From: Eledone cirrhosa
Lineage: Eukaryota
Length of the DNA stretch: 64,000 nucleotides
Assembly (NCBI GenBank): GCA_964016885.1
Contig: OZ024740.1
Location: 285,944,001-286,008,000, forward strand
Direction: 5' to 3'
Positions 26,261-40,304 of this stretch are shown here, in pieces. A program made the position numbers and the translations under genes. The notes beneath the pieces are model-generated. The model was not told the DNA's origin and did not search any database. It worked only from the letters and a program-made list of their open reading frames with translations. Every line of letters starts with the position of its first letter. Positions within the stretch are counted from its first letter, which is position 1.

Positions 26261-29200
26261 TTTTTAGTATTGTTAGGCTTAATCTGTTATCCAGTTTAAT
26301 ATCACCACCTAACCCTTTGATGTCTTTAGCAGAGACTACACTGTTGCAAGTATTCATGCCAAGTCTGATTTGAGGATACCTTCCTTACTCCCACTAGGTC
26401 TTGGGGGATCTGAAAGGATTAAGGTCACTGCCTTTCTATCTCTGACTAACCATCGTCATTGCCGTTTTACAATGGGTTTTCTATGCAGATATGGGCTGGA
26501 CAGAAACATTTAAAAAAAGAAAAAAGTAATTTTTTGTTTTCTGCTCTCCAAGCTGCTTCTGATCCTCTGTTCTTAAAACAACTTTCCTTTTTTTTTTTTT
26601 AAATCTCTTAAATATAAAGAAAAAGATACTTCAGAAAATAATTTTATATAATGCTGGAAATTGCATTTGGTGCCAATTTTGATATGCTCTTTGTAAGACA
26701 ACAATGTTGATATAAATTGTAGAATTAGCAACTTGAATGAGCAGTTAATCTATGTGCCTGGCAAGTTGACAAGATAAATTAAGGAACAATGGACTATAGT
26801 GTATTATAGAGGGAAAGGGAATGGAGGAAGCAACCTTTGTTACATGTCTTCTTTAAACTTATCTAACTTCAATGGCACTATATAATAAAAACAAGGTACT
26901 TCTGTTTTTTTTTTGTTTTTGTTTTTTCAGACAGGATTACTATTTATTGTTTTCTTATCTGTTAAGCTGTTACACTGTTCTATTTTGTTGAGTTGTCAGT
27001 TCACTTTCAAACAGACATTTTTATTTTTATTTTCACCTAGTTGCTGGCCTGCAAAGATGCATGGTTTAGTGGTTAGTTTGTTGGGTTCACGATTGCATGG
27101 CTGTGAGTTCAATTCCCAGATCAAATGTCTCAGTGTCTTTGAACTAAACACTATTTGATGTTGCTTCAGTCCATTCAGCTGGAAAGAATTAGTTGAAACG
27201 ACATTAATGTCAAATTGTATTGGAATTTACCTTTCCCTTGGATAACATTGGTGGTATAGAGAGGGGAGAGTGGCATGTATGACTGTTGGTCTTCCACGAA
27301 ACACCTTGCCCCGGCTTGCATCCCTAAAGTGAGCTTCCCATGTGCAAACTCAGGGGCAGTCAAGATCATAAGGTGGGAGAGAGGCTACTACCTGTTTGCT
27401 TCTAGTTGCCTGTATTTGTTGGGGTGGGTGGAAGGGTATTTGATCTTCATGAGCAAAAATGAAATATTTGCTCGTAGATATTCTGAAAATAACTTTAATT
27501 CAATAAAACCTGCATTGGTTACTAGAAATAATCATCCTTATTATAATATTAGCTACAGGTATAGACATGGCAGTGTTGTAAATATTTGCAGTCCCACTGT
27601 GTGCCACTTTCTGCAAGTGTCTTATGCTATAGCTGCAATGAGTGAAATTTGGCAGATGGAAATTGTACACAATTCGTAGGGTGTATCTATTTGTCTCTGC
27701 ATGTCTTCACATTGCCATAATTTGAGTCTTGCAACTCATCAGTTTGTGCAATGAGTAGTGGGATAAAATCATACCTTACTTGCAAAGCAAATAAGGATTG
27801 ATATCAAGAAAGACATATGGTCATATAATACTGTTTCTAGATGTTGGACCTATGCCAACATGGATACAAATTGGATGTAAAAATGAGGATCATGATATCC
27901 TTAGTAGTGAAGTGATATGTTTGGATTTGTTTTTAAGACAAGTTTTCGGATTTATATCTGTTGCAAGGAAATACTGAATAAACTAAACTGGAGATTAAGT
28001 AGGGAATTAATTGTATTTAATGAAATCCTATTGCTGCACCATAGCTTCCATTGCAATAAGAATCTGTTTTATTAAGTAATGAGTTCTCGGCAAATCATCT
28101 GATTTGTCTATGCATATGATACAATACTTTCTGTCTTGTAAGATTTCTATGAACTGAGTCCACAACATGATTTGATTTTAGCTATAACCATTACATTTAT
28201 ATGCCTTAATGGAAATGGAAAAAAAATGAATATCACAGCTTCCAATTTCTTGAATATATCAATGAGTTGTTACGGGTGTAGCAAATTAGCAAGCAGTTTT
28301 CCTAAATTCTAATATAATTTAATTTAGATGTTTTTAAAGTTAACCAATCTCTCTTGAATTTGCCATTGGAATTTGATAGTTCTTTTTTTTTTTTACTTTA
28401 TTAGGTTTACCTACTATATCCATTCATAATCTTGACCTATTTGTCATCAAAGTACCTGAAAGTGCCCTTGATTCTGTGATACAAAACTGTTTATTTTAAA
28501 GTGTTTATAATTATCTTAAACACTTCATCAGAATTTTATATAGAATACTTTATGCTCCAAACACCAGATAGATCATAAGGATGTAATTGCCTTAGTTTCA
28601 ACACCCTTTCTTAGATCAAACCATTTGCCAGACAAGTATAACTGAGAGTCAATTGTGGTCTTTATTTTCTGATCTCATCTAGAAACATGAAAATGTGATT
28701 TTAAAATCATCACAGTTTATTGGTGTAAGAGCTTCTGATCTCTTTAATTTTTACTGCACATATTTTGGAGCAATAAAATCTTTAGTGGATGATGCAATGT
28801 GAAAGTTGAAAAATGCAACTCAGAAATTAGAGCTGATTGCCTTTAATTTCAGAAAGTAAAACTAATAAATGTATATTCATGTTTTATGCAGTTTCATATG
28901 AGGCAATAAGGGATCCTTTTATGTTGTTGCCCAACCTGCTAGAAACAGCAGTAAAATAGCTTTGAAATATGCCTGAAAAAGAATTCTAATGGTTATGGCT
29001 AGAATGTTTTTGATCATATGGCTAGTTTGATCATGCTTGACCTATGGTTAAACAGCATTTTATGATGATAAAGTTGCAGGAGGTAAAATTCTTATTTATA
29101 CAAAGACTTTCAAATTCATCTGAGTTACTAAATATGTTCTACAAACTTCTAAAAATGGTTAGATTTAGATTTATTTTAAATATATATGTGTGTTTTTGTG

Positions 29201-30130
29201 TATAAACCTGTAACTCCTGATATAGTTGTAGGGTTACTGTAGTCACATACGGTGTTGTGGGTACTTTAAACTTGGTGGAGCTCATCCCCTTTCCATATCT
29301 GAACACAATCAAAATTCTTCCAGAGAAAGAGTGAGAGTGATAGAGAGGAAATGAGAAATAAAGTACTGAACCGGTACTTTTTTTTTATTCATTGTAAAAA
29401 GTTGAAATGCAAAGTTGACCTCAACAGGATTTGAACTCAGAGTACAGAGAACTGGAACAAATGTCGCAAAGCATTCTATCTGATGTTCTAATGACTTTGC
29501 TAATTCATTGTCATTTGTAGATATATAAGTAATCAATATTTATCACTTGTCGGGTAAGAGTTGGCTAAAACAATTGAATAACACATGGAAGTGCCTTGCT
29601 GCATTTAGGTTTGTCCTTTCATATAATGAGTTGAAATTCTGTTGTTATTTTTTATCCACTTTGGGTTATATTTTAAAACAATTGCTAATAACCTACTAAA
29701 ATTGATTCTATCAACTGTAACCCTCTTCTCTATAAATTAGACTTTAACTAAATGCTAAATCTTATCTACTTTTTCATTTTATTAGTTAACTCCTAAACAT
29801 TTTACTACTTGATGTTGTTATGGCTCACACCTTGTGTAGGTTTCACCTCTATCAACCTTGAGTGGGTGAGAAGCACAGTTAACTTCAGCAAGATTTGTTC
29901 TCAGACCACAGAAAACTGGGTCAAATACCACTAAGCATTTAATCCAAAACTCTAATGACACTGTCAATTTGATGCTAATGTAGGGTAACAGATAGAAAGA
30001 AAAAACAATTTTGTGCAAGCATTCAAATTATATAAATGTTTAAATTTCTTTAAATTCTAGGTTTTTAATTTTTTTTCACATAAATGATAGCATCTAAGAC
30101 AATTCTTTTTAGTGTATTACTCCATCTTCT

Positions 30131-30655
30131 GTGAAGGTACATGGCTTGCGATCATGAGGTTGTGAGTTCTATTCCTGGACTGTGTGATGTATTGTCTTTA
30201 ACCCTTTAGCATTTCAACCGGCCATATCCGGCCAGAATTCTCTCACCTCTTTCTGTTAAAACCAGCTGTAACTGGCTGCTCATACTTACATTAAGGTATT
30301 GTTCTCAAAATAATTACATCAAAATCTCGTAGATTCGATATTATGTGGGATAATTAAGTAAGATAAAGCCTTTACTGTGAAAATACAATAGTAAGTATAG
30401 AATAATGTAAATGCTAAAGGGTTAAGCAAGACACTTTATATTGCTCCAGTTTACTCAGCTGTAGAAATGAGTTGCGACATCACAGGTGTCAAGCTGTATC
30501 AGTCATTGCTTTCCCCTTGGTCAACATCAGTGGCGTGGAGAAAGGAGATTGGTATGTATGGTCTTCCACAAACAACCAAGCCCAGACTTATGCCTTAGAG
30601 GGGAACTTTCTAGGTATATATCCACTGGTCTTTCGTGACCGAGATGGTCTTTTTA
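30131..30655 (+). mobile_element. SINE family a interrupted by a piggyBac-type MITE
   Basis: The SINE reads …GTCT[TTAA…TTAA]GCAAGACACTTT across the insertion. Confidence 0.85.
30198..30425 (+). mobile_element. piggyBac-type MITE family A with TTAA target duplication
   Basis: TTAA-CCCTTTAGCATTT…AAATGCTAAAGGG-TTAA; perfect 13-bp TIRs. Confidence 0.92.
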
Positions 30656-31377
30656 CTCCATCTTCAATTATAACCTTACATTATAGTCAGTATTAAACCT
30701 TTAGAACTTGGCTGTATTAGTGTAGCTGAATTTTACATATTTGAATAACATAATTGTTAAAATAATATCCACATAATTGTTATGTGCATGAAGCACATTA
30801 AGACCTGCAAAATTCATGGGCATTGTCCCTCCTCCTTTGGCTAACTTATTAGTAATGTTTACCTGGTATGATTGATAGTTTTGATTGAAGGACTTCTGGT
30901 GCTAAGTAGCTCACTTCATGTAGATCTGTAATGCCAACTAACTGATCTTGGAGGAAAGAATGATTATGTTAACTGGTTAGCTTTGAAAATAATTAAGCCT
31001 GTAATACTGATTGATGGCCTTGAGTTAACTTTGGTTTAAATTATTTAAGTAATCACTTAAGGTCAATGTGATCTCAGTGTATTCTGAACGTATACGGAAT
31101 AATTACCTGAATGGTCTTAAGAAAATTCTGCTAAAAAAACTAAAAGCTTGAATTTGTTACTATTAATAGTATTATAATCTTAAACCACACGAAAAGAGTC
31201 TAATAGAGTTTTATTCATTACCATTCCAGTAATTTTTCAAAATACATTTAGGGTAAACTGAGAACCCATATATATATTTTTAGATTATAAATGTTATAAG
31301 TAATAGCATCGTGTCTGTATTCTGTATTAAATTATGTACAACAGGGAAAACAGACATTAAATGATGATGTGGATATA

Positions 31378-31626
31378 CCAAGGAACCTCGGTCTACAAAC
31401 TTAATTTGTTCCTGAAGGCTCTTCATCAACCAAAATGTTTGTAATCCAAAACTATTTTTCCCCGTACAAAATGTTACGAGAGAAATACAGTGAGGGAGAG
31501 ACTGTGTGTGAAAGACATATTGATATCACCATAGTAACTAACTGACAGCAAGTGTTGCTTTCCTGCTGATTGCTTTCCAACCAATTTGTTCGTGATGAGA
31601 GGCACTCGTGAACGGAGGTTCCACTG
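31378..31626. mobile_element. Tc1/mariner-pogo (Tigger-like) MITE
   Basis: Right end GAGGTTCCACTG|TA and degenerate left end TA|CCAAGGAACCTC; TA flanks. Confidence 0.65.
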
Positions 31627-34600
31627 TATAACAATTTATTTGGCTGACCTAACTTTATCTAGATTTTTTCATTAGCTTATTATGTCTTGTTTTGTTACAG
31701 TAGGTGTTTATTTTGTTCATTAAGTGTTTATTTTGTTCATTAAGTGTTTTTTTTTCCATTTTATCAATTTGAAATATAAAACACTTATCTGTACTGATAT
31801 GTTGATTTTCAGGTTTCTCATCTCCACTGTTTGATATCTTTAGAAAAATAGTTGCTATAATTTATTGAATAAAACAGTAACGATAACTATCTAGTATACA
31901 ATTCTGAGCTCAGCACTCTAACCATTAAACCATGTGCCTTCACATGGAGGAATATTGCAATATCAAGTGTTCTTCTAAAGAGATTTGCCATAATAGTTTC
32001 TTGAGATGTGTTTGATGAACTTCTCCAATGATGGAGTCTCTTCAATTAAAACTAACCCACTCAGCAACAAAAATAATAACATCTTATCTACCCTGTAAAG
32101 TATGTTTGACATAATCTTTATAAATATAAATGGCTATTAGGTATTAGCACCAATGATATATTGAAAAGAGCATGGCAGTTATATAAAATATCTATCTGAA
32201 TGTTGAGAAAACAACTGATTTCGTGATTACCAGGAACAATCTCAGTGAAGTGGTTTCCAATTAGGAAAGTTTGTAAAGACTTCTAACACCATTATCTAAA
32301 TGCTTGTGATTTTAGTTGACAAATACTAGGACCAACCATTTCACCTACCTACATAACCTTTTATCAAAAGTTTAAAACTGAAAACACTTGAGCTAATTAA
32401 TATTATTGCATGGTGATTGTGGGTGTGGAAATTATTTTATGAGGGAAAGGTGTGTGTGCATGCATGCATATGTGTCTGTCTGCATCTGAGTTTGGGTTGG
32501 TGAAAACATATTTTGTCTGTAGTCATATAATTTTTTAATTTGGCTATTTAACCAAAATTCATGATTTTGATCGTTCCAAACTATTTATCACTGATGTGTG
32601 CAAATGTGTCATACACTTTTTTTTATCCAAGTCGGACTGTAATCAATTTTAATATCATCATCATCTTTTTTTTTTTCACACTAAAGGTTTTATTTTATTT
32701 TTAATGACCCTATTATAGCATTCTCATTATTGCTGTTTTTAATTAGGTTTTATAGTGATATCTTTACACACTGTTTCCCTTGTTTAATTTCTACAACATG
32801 AAGCAATAAATATTTAACTTTATAGCAACTCTGCACCATCCATTCACCTACCACAAGTTAAATTCTTCTTGTTAAAATATCTGATAGCCATTTTTTAAAA
32901 GTTTGTTTAGGCAATGTTGCAGTGAATTGGCAGTGTCAGAGTGAGGGAGGTATTTGTTCCATCTCTCTACATTCTGAGTTCAAATCATGCCAAATTCAAC
33001 TCTGCCTTTTATCCTTTTGTAGGTCGATAAAATAAAGTACCAGTGCAAGGCAGTGGATAGGCAGAATTGTTAGTGTTGGATGAGATGCCTTGCAGTGTTT
33101 GTTCTAGCTCTTTGCATTCTGAGTTTAAATCCTGCTGTGGCCTACTTGGGTGGTAGACTTAATTTATCAACAGTTATGTCTGTGTTTCTTCTATAGATTA
33201 TTATTGGGATATTCCTGAATAATATCCAATCATTCATAGCACCAAATTATGCTGTATTGGTTTCCTATAAAGCACGTGTATTGACCTTGTGTTATCCAAT
33301 ATCTAAAAACAAAAAAACGTATCCATTTTATGCAATTACTTAGTAAAATGTTTTTGTAAGATAAAATTTAAAAACATTTAAAAAAATATCTTCCTTCCTT
33401 ACATTTGCTAATACTTCAAGAGAAAACCTAAAGAATAAATAGATTAAGAAATACATTTCTACATGTTAAATATAAATGTGATCATTTATTAGGTATGATA
33501 TAAACAGAATTTTAAAAATATCAAGCACTGAGGTGTGGGGGGGGGGGGGGGGGTAAATTGGTGTGTTTACTATGAAGTTAATTTACTAAGGTTAAAAACA
33601 CTGTTGATATAACAGGAACTAAAAAAAATCTAAGATCACTCAATCGGTTGTGAAGAATTTCTGGAATTATGGCTTTAGCTGTTATATCATTTTTATTAAT
33701 GCCGATAACTCACTGATAAAATTTTAAACTTTTGTATTTACTATTATTGAGTTGTTTTTCTGGCAAAGTGCCATTGAAAAAAATTACAGTCCTCCCTGAT
33801 ATGCCTATCATTTGAATTATTGAAAGTATGAAGGTTCATTATATAAAGTTCTCTTTTTCTCTCTTTTACACCCCCTCTCTCTCACTTTTGTCTCTTTCTC
33901 CTTCTACTCCACCCCTCTTTTATCTCCCTTCTTTCTCTCTTTCATCTACCCTCCGTCTACTCCATCTCTCATTCGTTTCTTTATTTCTCCCTTGACAACC
34001 TTAGACATTCTTGCCTATCGTTTTGTTATAGTTACCGTTAATCAGTAATGCTAACCCTGTACTCTTTTGTGTTATTTTGTTGTTTACATGATTTGCTTTC
34101 GTATTTTTTTTTTTTATAGCTTTGAATTTCTTAAATGCATGAGATTCTCTGAAAATAAATATTTTTTTTATCATTTAGCTTTTTAAGTATCTATTTTCTT
34201 ATTGATTGTTTGCGGAGGATGAGTGAAGTTGCATAGTTTAGTAGTTAGGATGTTTAACTCAGGATCGTGAGTTTGATTCTCAGTGGCGCATTGTTTCATT
34301 GAGCAAGACATTTTATTTTCACGTTGCTCAAGTCTACTCGGTTGGTGGGGAAGGATGAGTTGTTCCTGCAATCCAAAATGCCAGACTTGTACACATCGTG
34401 TAACGCTGAATGTGTCTTAGAACTACGTTAAGGAGACACATTTTTGTAGAATACTCAGCCACTTGCGCGTTAATATCACAAGCCGGCTGTTCCGTTGATC
34501 GAGCTTTTGGAACACGTCGGAACTGACGGAGATCCAACACATAACATAAAGAGAAGCTGATGAGGAATACAGAGTATACACATGCTTAGTTTTCCCGTTT

Positions 34601-34857
34601 CCCCTCTTTTAAATAAGATATCGTATAGTTCTGTTCAGAATGAAGGGTTAAGTTTGTTTTGTATGAGTTATATGTAAACCATTAAATTTTCCGCCAAGCT
34701 GATTAATTCATCACAAATAGAAAAATTATTTAAATAAGTTTGCTGGTGAATCCCACTCAGTACGCTATTCAATTCAAAATTAGAGATAACCTGTTTTCTT
34801 CGTGTTGTTTTTAGTCCATAATGAATTTTAATCTTGATTTCACTTGCTTCTGAAATG

Positions 34858-34893
<36 letters not shown>

Positions 34894-35343
34894 TTATTCC
34901 TTGTTTTCTTCTTCTCCAGTAAACATTATTGTCTTAAATTTAATCACTCTCCTTGTCCATCTCTATATACTTATCGGTAAATTTTAAACTATACACTGTT
35001 TATCAATTCTCGCCACTTAGTCTTGCTATAACACATATAGTATTTGAATTTTTTGCCTTATAGTGCTTTTTTATCTTTCAAAATTCTCTTGAGCTCGTTT
35101 TATCACTATCTTATGATCTAAGATTACAATACAAACCTATTATCATCATATGATGGTGATGATGATGATAATAATGCGGGAGATCATTCGGTACTGCTAG
35201 TTTATAACCCCTCTCCCACTCATTCTCTGATTAGTGTACAAAGAAATGTGTAATTTGAAGGGCTTTTTAACAGTTATCAAGAGGCTTATTTGAAGTTAAT
35301 GTGAAAGAAGAGTATCGCTGTTAGTTGTTACCGTTGCCCTTAC

Positions 35344-35358
35344 CGGATTCACAGTCAT
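35344..35358 (-). CDS. Candidate short first coding exon on the minus strand (MTVNP, phase 0)
   Basis: ACGATGACTGTGAATCCG|GTAAGG in a CpG-rich non-repetitive stretch downstream (minus sense) of the X-boxes; no partner exon found. Confidence 0.25.
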
Positions 35359-36024
35359 CGTTGCCTGTCAAAGGTTTAAGTTAGACTCGGTCATTTGTCA
35401 CTGCAATCTGGGTCGGGTCGTCGTCTTATGACATTTAGTTTATCGTTGTGATTGTCATAGCAGCATCACTGTTCAGTTGATAATTGACAATGTTGTCACA
35501 GCCACCGCAGTAGCTCGTTGGTGCCTGGTCGAGGTGGTTCTTTCTCCTTAGGTGGGAAATTGAATTCAGAACAGAAATGACGTAATTAAATACTACAAGG
35601 CTGACGCTCTACTAATTCTGTCAATCCTATGCCTTTTAGAATATTTTCGTGAGTTAAAAGAACAAATGTATATGTGTGGTTGTATGTATAAACATAGTCG
35701 TAATCTACATATTCGAAAATGTATCTCTGCAAAATATGAATTAAGAAAGTTGTGTAGAAACGACATAAGACTGAAGTTATGCATGCACGCACGCACACAC
35801 ACGTGGCTTGTGTTCCATTTGCTATGCTGTGTATGAGTGTATGTTTGTGTTTGTGTGAATGTATGTCTGTGAGTGTATTTTTGTAAGTGTGCTTGTGTTT
35901 GCGCGTTTATATTTATATACTCATACATATAGATGTATGCACATACAAACATATATACACATACGCGCCAGCATGTTGAAATAAAATCCTAGTACCAAAA
36001 ATTCTGCAAAATGGATAAAACATT

Positions 36025-36201
36025 GTTGTCATAGTAACTACATGGTTGCCAGGCAACTCAAAAACACATTAGATTGGTAATGCGATTTTGGCAATATTGT
36101 TTAGGTTAAAGTCTGTGTAATCAAATTTTATAACAAGAAAAAAAAATCAAAGAAATATCATTATATATCCCCTGTTCATCTCCTGTCGTATCGGTGGCAA
36201 C
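36025..36201. promoter_or_regulatory. Cluster of RFX X-box motifs
   Basis: GTTGTCATAGTAAC (36025-36038), GTTGCCAGGCAAC (36045-36057) and the weaker GTATCGGTGGCAAC (36188-36201). Confidence 0.55.
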
Positions 36202-37075
36202 GGAGAACTCCCCCCCCCCCCCACTCCACCATATAGATTGCATTGTTGTTGTTTCATTTAATATCAAACGGGGCAAAGAGAAAGTACTTGGCAGGTACAA
36301 TAACTCTTTATGCCTGCAAAGTTTCATAGTCACTGCTTCGGTGATTCTGGGAAAAAGTTTGAACACTAAAATTTTAACACATCTGAGTACAACTGATGAC
36401 CTGATCAGAAAAATGACATCAACATTTTTGTAATGCAGAAATGTTTGCCTGTGATCTTTTAGAGTATTTGCCGGATCTTTTAGAGCCACCTTCCCAATCG
36501 GCTGACGGAGCCCCTAAAATGCCCGGGTTTTATAGGGTTTCAGAACGTATATTTTGCTAAGATACATTTTCTAAGGTGTAGATTATGATTGTTTATCATT
36601 AAAAAATAGTCATTTTTCACTCACAGAAATTGCCGAGAGTTGTCTGTGATCTTAATACGAAGGATTACCAATATTATATCCTAAATAACATTAAAGAGCA
36701 ATCAGCGATTACAGTCTTTTGGTCATCGTTATTATCAGGGTCCCACGGTCGTTAATACCATCGCTATCACGCTATCATGAATTAATAATAATAATAATAA
36801 TAAATATCCAAGAACAATTAAAAAAGAATTTAAAATATGTATAGTTTAAATATTTCCCATTGTTCTGGGACGGAGAGTGGAGATGGATGGAAATAAACTT
36901 ATGGCTTCTGTCATACTGGAGGGGAAATAGTGCATGAGAATTATTAACCCCCTTCTCTCTTACTCGTTATTAAATATAGAAATAGAAATATAGTTGCTTT
37001 GTGTTTTACCCTATAATAATAACCCACCACCCTTGTCACTGGGGTTTTCTTTTTATTATTTTTCATGACAAAAGC

Positions 37076-37083
37076 TGACGTCA
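37076..37083. promoter_or_regulatory. Full CRE palindrome TGACGTCA with nearby CCAAT
   Basis: Exact motif inside the CpG-retaining island; CCAAT at ~37111 and ~36494. Confidence 0.4.
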
Positions 37084-37793
37084 TCGGAATAGCTTCTGAC
37101 TGATGACTATCCAATCCGTTGATGTGTGAAAGCAATCAGCCTTGACTAATATTGTCGAACTCAGGACTTGACACCAGTACTGTCAATTCCGTTTCGTTAG
37201 CCCAGTTGTTATTAATTTCATTTTTTTTTTCCTTTTCGTTATTTGAATGCAAATAATCGCCGTCATCATCATCATCATCATCATCATTAGTGTCTTCTGC
37301 GGTGATGTTTTTTTTTTAAGAGCATTTAATTAGTCCCCCCCCCCCACCACACACACACATTTTGTTTTATTATGGATTTTTCGTTGGTTTGTTTCCAACT
37401 ATTGTGTAAACTTTAATTCGTCTATTGTGTATTTATCACTTTTCCAGTGCAGTCCTTTGGTAAATGATTTGCCTAGCTGGTGACATCATAATCATAATCA
37501 TCATTTTACGTCCGGTTTTCTTGCTGGTATGGGTTGAACATATTTCTAAAACATTGCAAGTGCATTTCTTAGTCAGCTGTTAGCTATTTTGGTATGAGTG
37601 GATAAAAATAATAATAAAATAATAATCTCTCTTTTTGTATTGAATCATTACCTATTTGTAGAATTAATAGAATAATCCACCAATTTTCTTTGTTTCTAAA
37701 ATGCGTATCATTTGAAAGGAATGAACGATTTCAAATCACATTTTCTTTCTTATATAACGAATGAGTGTTTATGTATGTGCGTGCGTGTATGTA

Positions 37794-37828
<35 letters not shown>

Positions 37829-37909
37829 AGAGAGACGTACCTCCAGCAATGGGACTCTGTTTTTGTCCGTTTTCCCATTGTCTTCGCCCAATTTTTTTTT
37901 TATTCACGT

Positions 37910-37941
<32 letters not shown>

Positions 37942-38552
37942 AAATTTGCAGAATTTTTCATAAAATATGTAAACGAAAATCAGTGCGTGTGTAAGTCCCT
38001 ATTCCTCTCCAATTTAATCTAATTTTATATAAAGACGTGTGATCATAATACTAGATTAAAATGAGAACATTATATTACTGAATCTTTCCAAATTCTTTAT
38101 TATTTTCAAAATTCTTTGAAAATCATAAACAGTGTCTTTCTTTAGAAATATAGTATCAAAAGGGTTAAGATATCAGTTTTAATATGTATATTTCATTCCG
38201 ATTATAAATAAATTGTAAAATAAAGGTCAACTTTGAAACAGTTTCTGCCGTGACAAGAAACTTTTGACCATAATTGTTTTTTTTTTCTCAGGATCTGTTA
38301 GCTATAGTTAGAAACAATAATAGAAAAACAATTCCAATAAGGATGGGGAGATGTGGTAAAATATGTTAAATCATTCAGCTCTCCCTATTATTAGTCACTT
38401 GCATGCATAATGAAATTTCGTGATGATGAAGCTTCTCTTCTAAGCTGAACAATAGAAATAACTGTTGTGTACATTCATGTTGTTCATTTATTATTGTTTA
38501 GTCTTTTCATTTATTTTTTTAATATTCTCAAATAGAAGTGGGTTAGGGTCTT

Positions 38553-39243
38553 GAACCCTTTCATTACCATATTTCTAAGGAAAGACATTGCCTTTGGTTT
38601 TCAAATATTTTTTTTTAATAATTAAGTATTTAATAAGACTTACTCATTGTTAAGCTGGTGTTTAGTATATAACAAAAGGTTATTAGAACGTTTTACTCTA
38701 GATATGAACACTTAAGAATGAATAGTTTTGTATCATATATAGAAAGACATGTGGTTTCAGGCAGGTTAGTTACTATCAAAAAGCTTAATGTTCTACCTAT
38801 TATTACTTTTACAATTCTATAAGTATTTCTTTTTACTCTTTTAATAACAAACCATCTGAAACTGCCCCTGGTTCTAAGATACAAAAATTATTCATTTTAA
38901 AGTGCTTAATACTTGTCTTAAAACCTTCCATCATAACTTTGTGTATATCCCAGTTTTTAGAATAGGCACACAGTATTCATGAGTGTTGTAAGAAGTGACT
39001 AAAAGGGTTGGTGTCAGGAAGGACATCCAGCTGTCAAACATTCTCAGAACATTCCATTCAACCCATGCCAACATGGAAAAGTGGATATAAAATGATAATG
39101 ATGAACCTTTAAATTATACTTCAAACACCAGTTTGAATGAGAACGTTATATTACTAAATCTCTCCAAATTCTCTATTGTTTTCAAAATGATTTGAAAATC
39201 ATAGGCAGTGTTTTTCATTAGAAATATGATGACAAAAGAGTTA
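38553..39243. mobile_element. Head-to-head pair of family B MITEs; the second is interrupted by a family c repeat
   Basis: Minus copy ~38553-38790, plus copy ~38840-39243 with an insert at ~38945-39105. Confidence 0.7.
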
Positions 39244-39269
39244 CTTTTCTGTCTGCACAAATATTTTCA

Positions 39270-39770
39270 TGTGTATGCACGCACCAGAGCTCCCAGAAAT
39301 CGTGGAAGTATTGCCAAGAGATTTATGCTTGTTTTGTAGACATTGAAAAGGCAGATGACTGCATTCTATGGGATCCGTTGTGGAAGGTTCTGCAGGAGTA
39401 TGGGATTGGTGGATAGGTTCTTGTTGCCATGATGTCTCTAGTATTTGTTTTTCAAATAAATGGTATTAAAACCATTCAGGGTCAGATTGTGCCTAAAGTG
39501 TGTATTGCCATCTTTCCTGTTCCTACCCTTCATGGATGTGGTATCAAGACTGGCAGGTGTAGGATCAGTCGACTGGAATTTCTGGACAGCATAGTATTAT
39601 TACTAACCTGTCAGAAGGTGATCTCTGACATGAACCTGTTAGATTTGCTGCCAAGTGCTGCACAGCAGGAATGAAAACCAGTGCTGCAAAGACTGAGACA
39701 CTCATCCTTTCAAAGAAGCCTACACAGTGCACTCTACCCGTGAATGAAGTTCCACTGAAGCAGGTGGATA
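39270..39770 (+). mobile_element. Decayed RTE LINE reverse transcriptase fragment
   Basis: YACFVDIEKA…LWKVLQEYGIG…; KTSAAKTETL…PLKQVD; frameshifted. Confidence 0.75.
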
Positions 39771-40248
39771 CAGAATGTATTAAGTGCTTATTATCGTGGC
39801 ACTGCCACTATCATTTTTCCGAGAGTATGGGGTGTTCTTTATTTTAGCACTGCCACTACCATTTAATAAATGTGTTCCATAGGAAGAAACTGTAATTTGG
39901 GGATGACTTTCTAAAATGATATATAATCTGGTAACCTCTTGTTGATTTCAAATTTAATGAATGAATGAATGAATTCCTACCAGGAAAGACTAATTTGTTT
40001 TTATGTGTGCAAAGTAAATATTCATGTAATTATCTTATTTCATTAATGGTCTTAGTGTACTTTTTAAAATGATGATTTCTTTAATGAGGGGAAAATTGGT
40101 TATTTTAAGGAATTGCTTTTTTTTTTAAATTACATTTATATTGTTCTTAGGTAATAGATTCTTAAATCCACAGGCAAAGCCAGGCAATATTTGCAGCTTG
40201 ATTAAAAACAGTGCACATGCAATGGAAGGAAAATAATTAACTGAGATT

Positions 40249-40304
<56 letters not shown>

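Noticed and set aside
36393-36415. CTGATGA…GAAA as a hammerhead
   Set aside because: No stem II or stem I can be formed; the same applies to CTGATGA at ~34557, ~42519 and ~52302.
38292-38355. Possible exon starting DL (like PDZ-GEF exon 2) after a good acceptor
   Set aside because: Translation DLLAIVRNNNRKNN… does not resemble DL..IYSYLHGME, and the donor is weak.
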